Origin: Marsupella aquatica
Taxonomy: Eukaryota; Plantae; Marchantiophyta
Length of the DNA: 64,000 bases
Assembly (NCBI GenBank): GCA_973895155.1
Contig: OZ316893.1
Coordinates: 17,825,836-17,889,835 of the forward strand
Direction of reading: 5' to 3'
This document shows positions 32,947 to 45,979 of this stretch, piece after piece (the first letter of the stretch is position 1; every line of letters starts with the position of its first letter). A program made the position numbers and the translations under genes. Below the pieces are notes generated by a model. It ran no database searches. It was not told the DNA's origin and saw only the letters and a program-made list of their open reading frames with translations.

Positions 32947-35430
32947 TTCTCTGCACTTACGAAACCCAAACAGTGATTAAAGAGAACAGGATTCAACAAA
33001 TGGAAACATTATTCACGGTGGAATACGATGAATATCATGCCTTGTCGGAGAGTTCTTCCCTTAAAACAGCTCAAAGAATAGACCCGTGCTTACCTGAACT
33101 AGATCTGGAGAGTGTTGAGAACTTGGAACACTGATAGCAGTTCCGAATGAAAGAGATCAAGTCGGACGCGGTGGAAGTGATCGGGAGAATGATTTGGAAG
33201 ACTGGTGGTTTTTGGGCTAGCGGATTTGTTTAAGTGGACGGTTCGACGCCTTGGATTCGAGTCTGGTTCGAACAGTAAGTGTCCCGTTCACTTGCAAGTG
33301 ACTTAATTAGTGTCCAAACGGCCTTAATCCTCCTTTCCTCGGTAGTAATGACACATTGATTCTTTTCACGCGGGAATCGCGAAGTACTTTTTTGTTATTA
33401 CTCTTCCTCGGGTGGGAATTTTCACATGTGGAAGCCTGTACGTGGAGACCGTACCTCGTATGAGTGGCTCAATGTGTTGGCATCATTAGACTAGTGATTT
33501 CGCTGGCCTGAAGATATGTCATTTTGATCTATTGCGTTCACGGGACTAGAATCGTCCATGGGTAGCCGTCTATATTTATTGATCGAACAGGGTCTCCATG
33601 CTAGCGAGGAATATTCCAGACCTTTTTTGGGCCCCAATACAAGGTGACATCTTGCCCGTGCGAGCAAAAATTCTACTATTTGCTCGCACGTTACAATTAC
33701 CCTTGAAAACATATTTTGCTTCTTCATCATTTCTTCCCCTCGTGTCACTATGCACCAAATAATCCACGGAGAAATTGTTGTATTCTATAAGGAAGTGAGG
33801 ATTGGTGACAATATTGTGATACTTTAGGACGTGTTTGTGAACATTTGCTGGTGTAGCGATCACCCGGGAATATGTGTTTTATAGTTGGAGTTTCCGATTC
33901 TCCAACTAAGTTGCTGACCCTTCCTCGGCCTGCTTCATCTTGCAAAAGATTTGCTTCTAGCTCACTAATAAGGCGGTAATCGTAGTAAGCGTGACTATCA
34001 AATAATTTCAGGGCTCTGAAGAGTCACCCGTGGTAGAGAAGAATGATCGTGAGAAAGTGTTTCAAGCAAGATCCTTTGGTTTTGCCTTGGGTGATAGCGA
34101 GCACATGTGTGTGTAGATAAATTCGGACGCTCACGGGTGAGAAACCATTGTGTTAACTATAGTATATTCACTTCATTCATGGGGAATTATACTACCACAT
34201 CGATTAGCATGTGCGGCGGTTATGTTCGTAGTCCATCAACGCAATATGATCTGCTCTGCAACGTCTGAATAACGACAAGCGCACAAGATGCCCCTTCATC
34301 CGCAGGGACTATACCGTCGCAATAGAGAGTGTTATTCGGTCTGAAGCTTCCTATCTGTCCATCACCAAATTAAGTATTCAGCTTGCTGCCGCTGTTTGCT
34401 TTTGAATTGATTAACGTGCATGTCCATTAAAGCGAGGACTTCATGCTCTACGTATAACGTCTGGAAGAGCTTTGTGAATGTGAAGTCCCATCAGGATGCG
34501 AACAAGGGATCCGGACAATATCTCTAACTTGTAGTGGATGTAGAATCCTTATATAAGTAAGCGCTTGGTTCATTGTTGTGTTCTTGTTCTAACATGCCCC
34601 TAAACTGACAATGCAACCCTTTTAGACTTGGGCTTGTTAGTGCATTTTTTTTTACTGAACCAGAGTATCATTCAAGCTCGGCCGCGCCCTAGAAGAGTTG
34701 TCGATCGTAAGAGCTGCAATGGCCTCCGATACGAGTTCGCGTTCTGAGAGTTGAGAGCATATCCACATGCATCAGACTACAATTTGACTCGGATCAAGGA
34801 CACGGGCGCAGATTGAGTCACTGTCCAGCCCCAGTACAATGGAGTCGAGGTCTTTATGTGACAAGACCTGCTCGTCCATAACAACTTTCAGTTTAGAGTA
34901 GTTAGGTCTCAAGCTCGCTGATCTTTGGCAGCTGGAGTGAAGCGATCCAGGTTGAATTGATAGTTGGTTTTGCAGTCCTCATTTATGCTAGCAGATTCTA
35001 GATCGACCGAGCCAACGATTGAAGGTATCCCATAATCGTGGCGTGGATCTTGAGTTTCATCGTTTCTCTTGGTATATTGGAAAGCCTAGGCATATCCAAC
35101 ACCTCTTTGTATTGGAAGTATCGATCTTGGCTATACTCCTTCCTCTTCGGTGAGTTGATAAATTATCTTCTCGGCTAGAATTTGCCTACAAAAGTTGTTC
35201 AATACACCCGGTCATCGTTTCTTTGCATGTTCAACAATTCGAATGACCTGGTCTGATCAAGTCTTGCTTCGGTGAACATCTTACATGCTTGACCGAGGTC
35301 ACATATATCCTTATTTTATTTCAATTGTTAATTTCCCAAAAGTTGTAAGTTTCAAGGACTTGGAGCATGACAGCTTTTGATTTAGGCTTGCTATAGTGTG
35401 TTAGTAACAATTGTCAAATGATTTGGACAG

Positions 35431-36051
35431 ATGCCTGCGTACATCGTAGCCCAAAATGCTGGAGTGGAAGGGGCAGTTATGGTGGGCAAGCTTCTGGAAC
35501 CGCAAAGCATAGAGATTGGACACGATGAGGCAAGAGGTGTAACTTTACTCTTTCTTACTACAAATGATTTCTTCGTGTTCTGTTATGATTAGAGAGATGC
35601 AGCAGCTGAAAATAATGAGCCGTCGCAGTAGTGGCATTGCTGAATAAATTAAGCAATTATAGTCGATGAATTGGTTGTGCCCCTTTCACGCGGCGTGGTT
35701 GGTGTAAAATTTAGAAGGATTCGGTCTCACTATAATTGTTTGTAATTGTAATACAAATTCTGGTGTACCTTGAGTTGTGCAGCTTGCAAAAATCTGGGAA
35801 AAGGCTCTAGTAGAAATAGGCAGAGCTCCTAGTAGAGAAGGGAAAACCTTTAGAAGAGAGCTCAACTCTGTCCTAGTTAGGTGGATTTGCTTTGTTGAGA
35901 ATGGAATTTTTGGGGAGTTATCCCTACCTTGGTTTGATGTAGATGAGTCAACTCTTCTTGATGCCTATCGTTAGATTTTTTCTCGTATTTGGTTTTTACA
36001 CCCTCACGTGTAGATGTGGATATGGCCAACGCTGGCATGATTGATCCAGTG
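35431..36051 (+). pseudogene. Captured chaperonin-60 (mitochondrial HSP60-like) exon fragments
   Basis: The AG/GT-bounded exon 35431-35536 reads MPAYIVAQNAGVEGAVMVGKLLEPQSIEIGHDEAR, and 36016-36051 reads VDMANAGMIDPV. Both match the cpn60 stretch IAxNAGVEGAVVVGKLLE...GYDA...YVDMxxAGIIDP. Confidence 0.8.
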
Positions 36052-36454
36052 ATCATCGAGTTGCCAAACAATGATTTCCCTGCATTTCCATACGGCCAGG
36101 ACAACAAAGTGTACTGGAGTGTGAATGAGTATATAGATTTTTTTATCTACCTGGACATGCCTCTCACATTTATTTTTGTATATTCTAAGACTATTGCATT
36201 CTTGAAAGATCGTCATTACTCTTAATTGAAACCAAGTTATATCACTTTTGCGCATTTTCCGTACCAAATATAGCAATAGAGAAAGGGAGATAGGAAAATA
36301 CATCTTTGGACGGAGGTAGGGTCCTAGCCCAAGAACCATGCACTTACCGGTCTGCCCTGTTGTTAGCGTTTGATTGCAGAAATGAAACAACAACAATTCA
36401 TTGCACCTCATGGAGTCGCCTGCATTTGGTGCTGGTCGATCTGATCGTGGGTTG

Positions 36455-36562
36455 TGGTGCTCACAGAGGAAGCCCAGAACACCTGAGTTCAATCATAAGA
36501 TGACAAGGACAGCACTTTGGGTGGATGTCTACTCTTCTCTAGCATGGGCGAAGGCAAGGCTC
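36455..36562 (+). pseudogene. Captured fragment of an OSB-type organellar ssDNA-binding protein (PDF motif)
   Basis: WCSQRKPRTPEFNHKMTRTALWVDVYSSLAWAKARL resembles the PDF motif W-D-R-x-K-x-P-x-x-PDFKHK-x-T-x-x-ALW...P-x-W-V-x-x-x-L. Confidence 0.55.
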
Positions 36563-36647
36563 AAATTGATTACTCAAGGTAGATTGGAATCTCGTGCATA
36601 TGGAATTGTGGGCCCCGTTATCCGGCAGATGTCTGGCGTGGCAAAAA

Positions 36648-37232
36648 TTGCTTGGGGCTTGTAGAACTTATGGTAATGTGGAGCTGGGTGAACAGGCCGC
36701 TAACGAGGTTTTCAATTTGGAACCCGGTAAGTCCTCTACATATGTGCTGCTCTCCAATATCTATGCAGCAGTTGGGAAGTGGGAGAAGGTGGCATCTGTG
36801 CACGCTATGATGCAAGAGAGAGGTGTTCGGAAGGAACCAGGATGTAGTTGGATTGAAGTTGATAACAAGATCCATGAATTTGTTGTCGGGGATACATCTC
36901 ACCCAGAAGCGGAGGCGATCTATACCTAGCTGAATAAATTGAGTGAAAAATTGAAGGCTGAAGACTACATTCCGGATACCAAGCTTGTGTTGCATGATAT
37001 TAATGAGGAGGATAAAGAGCTAGCTCTTTGCTCTCATATTGAGAAGTTGGCTATTGTTTACGGACTTATGCACCTACTTTTGGGAGAACCAATTCGTATA
37101 AGTAAGAACCTTCGGGTGTGTTCAGATTGCCAGTCAGCAACCAAGTATATCTCTAAGGTGACCGAACGCGAGATTATTGCAAGGGATGCAAATCGTTTCC
37201 ACCATTTTTAAGATGGAGAGTGTTCTTGTGGT
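36648..37232 (+). pseudogene. Captured PLS-class PPR E/E+/DYW domain fragment
   Basis: LLGACRTYGNVELGE...YVLLSNIYA...KEPGCSWIEV...HIEKLA...KNLRVCSDC...RDANRFHHF*DGECSC. Two stops, no PPR repeats upstream and no terminal DYW. Confidence 0.93.
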
Positions 37233-39064
37233 TGGAGAATGGTGAACAGTTTCCTTGTATTGTTTCACAAGGCAGACGAAGCTGTTTGTCACTCCTTTTA
37301 ACTTATTTTAATGTCTTACCATAGAGGACTAAGACCAATGGTGGACATGAGCTGGTAAGTTTCTCAGCTTTTTTAGAGCACCATGTCACTTCCCTAAAGT
37401 CGTTTATGCTGTGTGACGACGTGGTTTCACTGCCGCTCATCCATTGAAATACATGTCATAATACAGAGCGTAGAAACCTAAGAGGTGATGTCCCTTTGCT
37501 CATAAACCATTACCATGGTGCACCTGTATACTGTGTGCTTACCGAGAAAAAGAAGCAAAAACGATGGGTGCTCAATAATCTCTGCCTGTGTACGTTGGGG
37601 TTACCCCAACCCTGTTGTCTCATAAAGTCAACCGAGACATTTTATCTGACCTCTTGTTTTTTATTTCTACCTTCATGGTGTCTGACTGTTGCAAATGGAA
37701 CTTTGCTTTTTCCATTTGATTGTTATGCTCAATTTTTGTTGCTTTTCTTTTCTACTCCTCTTATACTTACCCTCCAAAGAGTGAGGACAGGTCACAACTG
37801 GCTGTGTTCTATATATGTATCTTTCTGCGTCATGTCGTAGGGACAAACTGAGCTTCTTACCTGGGAGGCTGCTACTTATGGGAAGGAATCCTTTCTATAG
37901 ACTGGCGCTTTTGACCCTGCCAGTAAGAAATAGAAAATTAAGTGATAAATGACATATTTTCAAGCTCCCTTCCTTCCATGGCTATAAGCAGCCATTAGGT
38001 GAATCCACAAGTGTCAGTTGCTAGTGTTGAAGAAACGCCAACTGACTTTGCTGTTGAGATGTTTTGACCCAAGTACGGAAAGGCACTTGAGAAAATAGTC
38101 ACTTGGAATTGTCAACGAGCATGGCTAGAACAAATCTTCAAATGCAAAACTGAAACCGCACAGGAGGAAACCTATTACGAGTAAACTGCTATCAGTTGTC
38201 TTTGACACATCATGGGCATGTTCTGGATAGTCCTCTTGGGCTAGAAAGCATTCGTAGGACTGACAAACTGGTCTACAAAGCTGTTGTAGTGTGTAACCAA
38301 GCTGTAGATATTTCTAAAGGAAAATGTGGCCCAAATGCTAATCCCTTGACTTCTAGAGGTCACAGAGATCTTATTTTGGTTGTTATGGCCAACCGCATAT
38401 TATTCCTTTTGTGATGTGAATTTTTACATTCCTATAATCTGCCTATTCAGCTTGTCTTTCTTCAGTCTTGGTGTATTTTACGATGGATGTAATTGTTTCT
38501 CCCAAAGAGTCCTTCAGATATCTTGTCTGTCTGAAATCTTTTACTTCCATGCCGACTTTGTAAACTCTTTGCCCCCCTGGGTCTTGTCGTTTCGGAATTT
38601 GGGGGCTTCCATATGCTTGAATATTCAGCTCTTAGTGCCGATGGTTTTCTCTTGACCATCAACATTCGGCCAAAGGGTGTCTTTGCAATCATAGTAGATA
38701 CGTGTACAGTCTTGAATTGGAGTCAATGCATTTTGGTGCCTGACTAAAACATTGTTGATGCAGAAAAAGAGAGGAGGTTCGCCACTTGCTACAAGAATCA
38801 CCGCAATCGCTTGATGATGAAATGAATGTTGCATTGCAAGATGGCGGGATTCCTGGGGATCCTAATATGATCCTGCACTGAGTTTGTGTGACATATATAG
38901 TTCAATGTGGCACTGAAATTGTGATTGTATTCTCATATTGGAATGTTGCAGAACCACAGAATTTTCCAAGAAATGAAAGGAGTACGCAAGAAGGGTGACC
39001 AGCACTATCTTTGGGCCTGTGCGTCGGAGTGAAAAGTTGAGCAAGAATCTAGGTCGTACCTACA

Positions 39065-42000
39065 ATGGCAGAATGTGGAGATGAGATGGATCCTGCACAG
39101 GTGGGTGCAGATACCAGACAAGAAGATGCAGATGATGAGTATTTTCCAGAGGAAATGGATGAGGATGGGGGTTATGAAGATGAATACATTGCAGAGCAGC
39201 CCCAAAAGAAACAAGTAAGTAGTTTTCCCGACAAGGTATTGAGTTAAACTCTCTTCTTTAGAGGTTTCATGACTCCCTTACACATATGTACAATGCTTAG
39301 TTTGTGACATTGTAGTTGGTGATGTGATGCAGCGTCCTATGAGTTCTGTTTTGCCTGCAAAGCCTGTGCATGCACCATACCAGCAAGGGGGGCTGACCTC
39401 TGATCAAGGTTGGCGAGGTGGTAGTAGCGGTAGATCCCAGGCTGGTGCCCAATACTATGGCAGGGGGCAGAGTAGCAATTATGCTCGTAATAGAGGTAGA
39501 GCAAGTCCAAACCACAATCTCGTGGGTACGGACATCCACCTCAACCATGGAGATGTGAGTATATCTATATGTTAGTTCTTTGTTAATTAGTAGCACTTGT
39601 GAATTTCAGATTGCATAGCAATGTTTGACATTGTTTGGGATTGAATTCATACAACATGAAATTCATTTCATCTGCCATTGCATGCAGATTCCGCCCAACC
39701 TGATTGGGCAAATGCTGGTAATGATAAGTTTCAATGTCCACCAGGACAGACATGGGTTGAACTAGGTTGGGAGGATGGTGATGGGTCCTGGAATCAACAA
39801 GACTAGGAAGGTGGTGAAGGTAATTGGCAAGGCTTTCAGAACACAGTACCTACAAATGCCGGAAGAGAGGTAAATAATGTATGAAGTAGTTTGCAATGGA
39901 AGAACTCATTTCATCTGTAGTCCATTCATGTGGGTATACTCTGTACATGTATAATGATAGCAAATTATGTGTGCAAGTTGGACAGTCAAACCGTTGACGC
40001 AAGTATTCACTAATGTCCCTATGCAGATGCAACACAAAAGGGGGACATGTATTTTGGAATGTTGACTTGTTTCCCTCAACTGATTTACTAAGTTATCAGT
40101 ACATATGTTTGCACATGCCTAGCTAGAAAGTGACAACATTTGTGCCCTGTACTAGGCTGGACAGGTGGTCCAAGGTCGCAACAATTCTAGAGTGCAGTCC
40201 CTACACAAATGTCTACTGGCAGAGCTACAGGTATATATAATCGTTCAATTTATGTTGAAGAGATGCATTGAATGGTGCCAATAGGTGTTTGTAATAAATA
40301 GTTCTGGTGTATATAGTTCTCAAGCATGAATGGCATTGTATTTGCCAAGGTGACTTCAGAACCCCAGGTAGGGTGAATCAGGGGGTGCCCATTAATATTA
40401 CACCGCCCAGTATTGCAGAGAGCAATGCACAAGGGGAGGTGAAGAAGAAAGGGACAATAAAGTTGAATGAGAGACAATGGATGGATGCTGAGTGTCCTCG
40501 CAAAAACCGATGGCATGCTGATTTGAAAGCTAAAGTATTGCGCTGGTTAGATGTGAGTGTTATTAATTTTAAAAAGTTACATCCAAAAGATTGGAAGACT
40601 GTATGTGAAAATGTTGCTATCAAATGGAATTAGTGGGCAGTGATGATAGCGTAGACATAGGTTGCCTAGAAAGTACAATAGGTAAAATCATTAAACAAGA
40701 TAGATGGAGAATGCATAAGGCTTGGAAGGATGGTGGGGAGAAGCCAAATATGCCTCCACCAGCAAGTTGTGATGATAAAGTGTGGACAAAATTACTAGCT
40801 TATTTTATGACCGATGCTACAAAAAAGAAGAGTTCATAGATGATCGAGGCCAGGTTGAGTATCAGAACCCTAATCTGACAGGAAGGATTGGCACTGCACC
40901 GATCGCAAAATGCTTGGTAAGAATCAATGGCAAGTTATGTAATTCATGCTACACTATGTTGACCTGTTGACTTTGTTTTTCATTGGAAAATGATAACGTG
41001 TGCTTTTCATGCATGTGCAGAAAGCCCAATTGGGGCAAAGCCCTTCAAAAGAAGAGTTGAGGGCTGAAATTGTGAACAACAGGGCATGTGAGGCATCTGA
41101 ATCCTCCAAGCATGTAAGTCAAATGAGTTCTAATTGGTAATTGAATGACCTGTGTTGAATTTTAGGTGTACAGATATCATTGATTGTGCATATATTGCCC
41201 AACATTCATATGGAGTGATTCACTATTGCCTTGTGTCATGTAGAGAAGTGGATCTTCACTTATGGAGATAAGTGATTGTTTAAAGGCTATGGAAACATGT
41301 CTTCCACAGATCAATGAACGTTTGAATTCATTGACTGACTTGTTCCATGTGAACTTCAAGACATTAATGGAAGCCGTTGTATCGGTGAGAGATAAAATTG
41401 ATTGCAATTCTGCAAGAGTTCCACCATCACCACTTGAGGTGGCAAAGTCTATGTACTCTTCTGGCATGCCAACGACATGTAGGTTTGAAGGTAAGGCCCT
41501 ATAACTTTGTGAGATCATATGATTATAAAATCTAGATTGTTTGACATAGTGTATGAATGTGTTATTTTTAGTAACATAGATTGTGGTTGTTGTGCCCATA
41601 GAGAATAAGATAGGTGCTGCAAAGAAGAAGTATGATCACCTGGCAAATAGTCGCTGCAATTTAGAGGCAACAAAGTTGCAGTCTGTACCTGCAACTAATT
41701 TGACAAATGAGAGTCAACCATGTTTGGTTGAGGATGAGATTGGGAAGAGATTGGATGATATCAATGTTGGGGCAAAGGAGGATATTAGCAAACGTGACAA
41801 TGATACCATTGAGCCAGATTCATGTGATGTGGAGCAAGGTTTGTGCTATGTAGATCTTGATCCCATTGCAGAGATAAATGATTTGCAGAATGTGTCATTG
41901 TCAACTACAGGTGTGCCTCTTGTTGTGATAAATCCAACCGAAGAGTTAGTTGGTATGGCACTTCCAGGTGACGAACCTGCTACTGTGACAGTCCCAACAG

Positions 42001-42419
42001 AGAAACCTGCTGAGCCTAGCTTCACTACTATGAAGAGAGGAAACATGTGCACACGAAGCAAGTCTACTGCTAGGAGCAGAGCCACGTCAAAGGTTTTATA
42101 CAAACCTCCAAGATCGGTGTTGGCAAAAAGATCTAAGGTGGAAGTGGGGAAGGCACCTAATGCTGAGGGACAAAGTGGCTTGTTAGCTGTTGATGAAAGT
42201 GGAACACGAGTAGGATTTGGCAAAGTGCAAGTTGGTTCTACAACGTTCTATGGCAAGAGGATTCCCCCAGGTTATTCAGTAGTGTTAATCATGCTACTAG
42301 TGAAACCTAAAGTTGTTCTTCCCATTCCAAACACAAATGATGATCCTCCTCAGAAGACACTTGGAGATGTTGCAGGTTCTTTGGTATTATGGCCAAGCAA
42401 GTACATAGAGGATCCATAA
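39065..42419 (+). pseudogene. CACTA TnpA/ORF2-like multi-exon gene remnant
   Basis: A series of GT-AG exons. The last exon has GKVQVG...FYGKRIPPGYSVVLI...LPIPN...TLGDVAGSLVLWP, typical of the En/Spm TnpA C-terminal domain. Stops and frameshifts are present and exon bounds are approximate. Confidence 0.65.
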
Positions 42420-42899
42420 TAATGTCATGTCATTGTTTGTTTGTAGTATAGTGTGAGTCATGCTTTGTAGATTTTAGAATTCAAGAAGCAATGCATTATC
42501 ATGTTTGATAATTGATAGTATCATGCATTTGCTTTCAATTATTTCAAACAATTATCAGTTTACAAGTTCTTGTTTTCTCTGAAGTACATTGATGACATTG
42601 TAAATTGTTCCATTGTAATTGAATTGATCCTCTTTCAGCAATATTGTGATTCTGTTTTATTCTTATGAATGTTTTATGTAGGATCTGCTTATATCATGCT
42701 TTGTTTCATGTGTATGTCATTCATGCTCTGTTTATTTCTTGTATTCCATGTGTTATACTTCTAAAGTGATATGAGCATGAGTGTTTCTATGTATTGCAAT
42801 GTGGAGTGCTCATGAACTCTCCTTATGAACTGTTACACAATTCATTATTCATGGTTACAACTTCCCTAAATCTCATCATTATTAGTTATGAACATGACT

Positions 42900-43248
42900 A
42901 TATAGAGACCCAAATGGTTTTGTTGTGTGACCCGGACCAAGGTCTCCATTGGTCTATTATGTGACACTAAAAGGTCACAAGCTAGGCCTTGTTAAGGGCA
43001 ACTAAGTAATGGACATGACTTACCCTGTGACTAATTAAAGTCACATTGCAGTCATGTATCAACAAGGCAAGACTCATAATGGAGTCACAGATCAGTCACA
43101 AATGGGTATCAAGAAAGTCACAATGTCCAGTATCAATAGTGACTTCTATTTTTTGGTCTCAACTTTTGCAACTCCAAGGGTCACAGCCTGGGTCACGTCA
43201 CGTGCAGTCACAATGAAGTCACATGAGCCAAAATGAGTCACATATTGC
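42900..43248. repeat. CACTA subterminal repeats (GTCAC/GTGAC motif)
   Basis: More than ten gtcac(a)/(t)gtgac copies in both orientations next to the right TIR, with fewer at 21205-21385. Confidence 0.8.
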
Positions 43249-45597
43249 GGTCTCAGAATAGCTCGGTTTCTTCTAGTGATGTGACACAGACAATGTGTCA
43301 CTTATCCTTGACCAATTAGTACATTAGGACGTATATAGTCATTTGGATCATATAGTGCAATTAGGAACAATATGCGTAGTGATTTAGCAATTATGATTGG
43401 GCTAGGAATAGGATAGTCAACATAAGTATTGATTAGGATGCGCACTATTATGTCCATTCATTGTACCTTGACGGCGGCGGAGTAAACATTTGTTATGGCA
43501 AATCACGCTTGGACCAAGGCAGTCACTTCAGCTAGGAGATGGCAGCTACAAGTACTCAACGATGTCACGTCTGAACTCCCTTGTGAGCATCCATAAGAAC
43601 CCCTTCGATGGCTTGTCAGCTCATTTCCTACTTTGGGCCTTGCCATTGTTTTTTCCTGCTCCACCTTCTGTTTGTGCTTACGCTCAGCTACCACTCACAG
43701 CGAGACTTGGAGTAGACATCATTTTCTTCAAGGAAAATTGAAAGATAGTATGCATTGTAGCCGAATCCGGCCAGCAAGGCACAATAGAAGGTGATAAGTG
43801 GAAGCTCTCCACGAGAGAGTGCAAACCTACCCAAAGGAGGAGCAAATGTTGCACAAAGGACAAGCTCTACCAACGGACAAAGAAGGTTAGTATGACCCTC
43901 ATCGCTCTCAGATTTTGGACACTATTTGGGGAAGTAGGAGCCAAGCTATCTAAGATGTATTGGTATTCTTGCTCCAAGAAGGTTGCTTACAAACAAAGGT
44001 ATGCTAAGTTGGTGATCAAGGTAGCACAAATCAACTGCACACTAGTAGAAATACCCCCTATTTTTTACCAAACCACTATTGACTAATGTGACAAGGTTAT
44101 GGAAGTTTAGGGTGTTATCACTACATATGTCTTAAGTATCACTTCTACAAACTATCCACTCATTTGTTGCGACTCCTTAGCAATGTTGACTTTACCTACT
44201 CTTTTCAATCACTCATTGTTCAAGGTACGTTGAAGGTTCATTGTTCATGGTTTAAGGTCGTCCATGCACCTCACCAATTGCCAAACATTCAAGCTTTTTA
44301 TGTGAGAAAGTCTCAAATAGTAGAGGTACCCCATTACAGCCCCTTATATGTCATTGGCTCCTTTACATGAGCCCCTTACATGTCACTGGCTCCCTTAATG
44401 TCACTGGCTGAGTACGTTAGTACTCTCCACCCTTGTGCGCAGGAGCGAATGTTCAAGGTCTTAGTCCGCGAAGAGGGTTTAGGGAGGGGAGGGGAGGGGA
44501 GGAGGAGCGAGTGAGGTGACTGTGCAAGGGTAGTCGATAGTCGATTGATCGAGGAGAGAACGAAGGTCCCTGCAAAAACGGTGGGATTTGGTGTGCAGTA
44601 TGTCAGGATTTCTTCCCGCTACCACTCTAGAGCCTTTAGGAAGGAGGAAGGGTTTACGACCACACTTGAAGCGCGACATCAATGATTTCCAGTCGGCTAC
44701 TAAGTGCATTTGCGAGTGCTCCCCAAAGGCATTGCGGGGGCCTTGCAGGAAGAATTTTAGGGTTGGAGCATAAGTTTGTGGTGCGGGGGTCCGTCTTCTG
44801 CCATCTGCTTTGTAAGTACTTACCTCTTTGCCTTGCGCAACATTGGAATGGAGCTTTGCATGTCTACCATCACAATGCTTGCTTGCGGTAGAAAGTGACA
44901 ATGCAAAATGCGCCCTAGACTTAGTTACTCTTTGCCTTGCGCGGGGCCTTGCGTAGCATTGGAGTTGAGGTCTATCACGCTGCACTATGGCTCTTGATCC
45001 ACCTCAATCCGCGAAGCTAAGGTGCGGTAGTCTTTGTGAATCAGCTGGGGTGCAGCGCGGCCAATCTTCCTATATTGTCTTCAGGTGCAAAGAATTTCTT
45101 ATCATCTTCTAATGCCTATACCTGTACATTTATGTTGTTTATCTATCGCTAGTAGGTTTAGTTTTTGGTAGTCATCTTCATAGCTAATTGATCAAGTGAT
45201 TGACTGTGGTCTGCTGCTTAGCAAGAGGAGCCGGTTGCTACTTTGTTGACTTCAGCAAAGCTGATTTGAGTTGCGGGCATCGTAGTCTCAAACACCTCTA
45301 CAAAGTTGATCTGCGGTGCCGGTCATCTCTGTCTCTCGGTAGGGTCTAACTGCTGCTATTGCCTTGCTTTTCTTCTCTTTGATATGCTACGATAGGGCTA
45401 AGTTCTACTGGGTTCCCTGAGCTCTACGGGGGTTTTAACAATGTTAGTAAAAAGGAGAAAGTGTTAAATACACCATAACATCAACTCTTCCTCATTTCTC
45501 CAAGATATAAAAGTACATGCCTGGTGGTACATCCAGGTGGTTGGTATAACTGCCTATGAGTTAATCACCTAAGTATTAGGGGATTAACATAGTGGTT

Positions 45598-45830
45598 AGG
45601 AGATTAATCCAAGGTTAGGAGACTAAACCCTTTGGGGTTATAACACTCCCCCTTGGGTGTGTCATTTTTAGAGGGGAAATGGTACACCCATATTAGGTCT
45701 CCTAATGGTTAATCTGGTTTATATATTACTAGATTCTGAATTTTTGATGCTAAGTTTGTGGGGGGATGTAACCTCCTTAAAACCTCCCCTACTTTCTTTT
45801 GTGGGAGGAAAGAGTATTACCATCCGGTTT
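45598..45830. repeat. Second copy of the conserved non-coding block
   Basis: Aligns with 21745-21980. Confidence 0.75.
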
Positions 45831-45979
45831 TTATTGTCTTAGCCTATGGTTCCATATTGTCTGGTTAAGTAACAATGTGACAATAGTCATCGTAAGTTGT
45901 TTTTCTAATAGTAACATGAGGTAAGTTTGTCATGTCGTGTAGTTGTAGTGCCTGAAACTTCTATCCTTCGGAACTATCC

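Larger units (their letters stand above)
21169..43278 (+). mobile_element. CACTA (EnSpm) DNA transposon, 22.1 kb, non-autonomous with nested or captured cargo
   Basis: TIRs CACTAGAAGAAACCGGGCCATTATGAGACC (21169-21198) and 43249-43278 match at 27/30. The 3-bp TSD is ATG (21166-21168 and 43279-43281). GTCACA subterminal repeats and a TnpA-like ORF are present. Confidence 0.9.

Noticed and set aside
21630-33900. Search for TIRs and a 9-bp TSD delimiting the MULE-like module
   Set aside because: Only a short direct similarity (aacagggtc.cc.tgct at ~21640 and ~33586) was found, so the ends are left undefined.
43281-45430. Possible degenerate retroelement or coding remnants
   Set aside because: No convincing protein motif, LTR pair or PBS could be established by eye.
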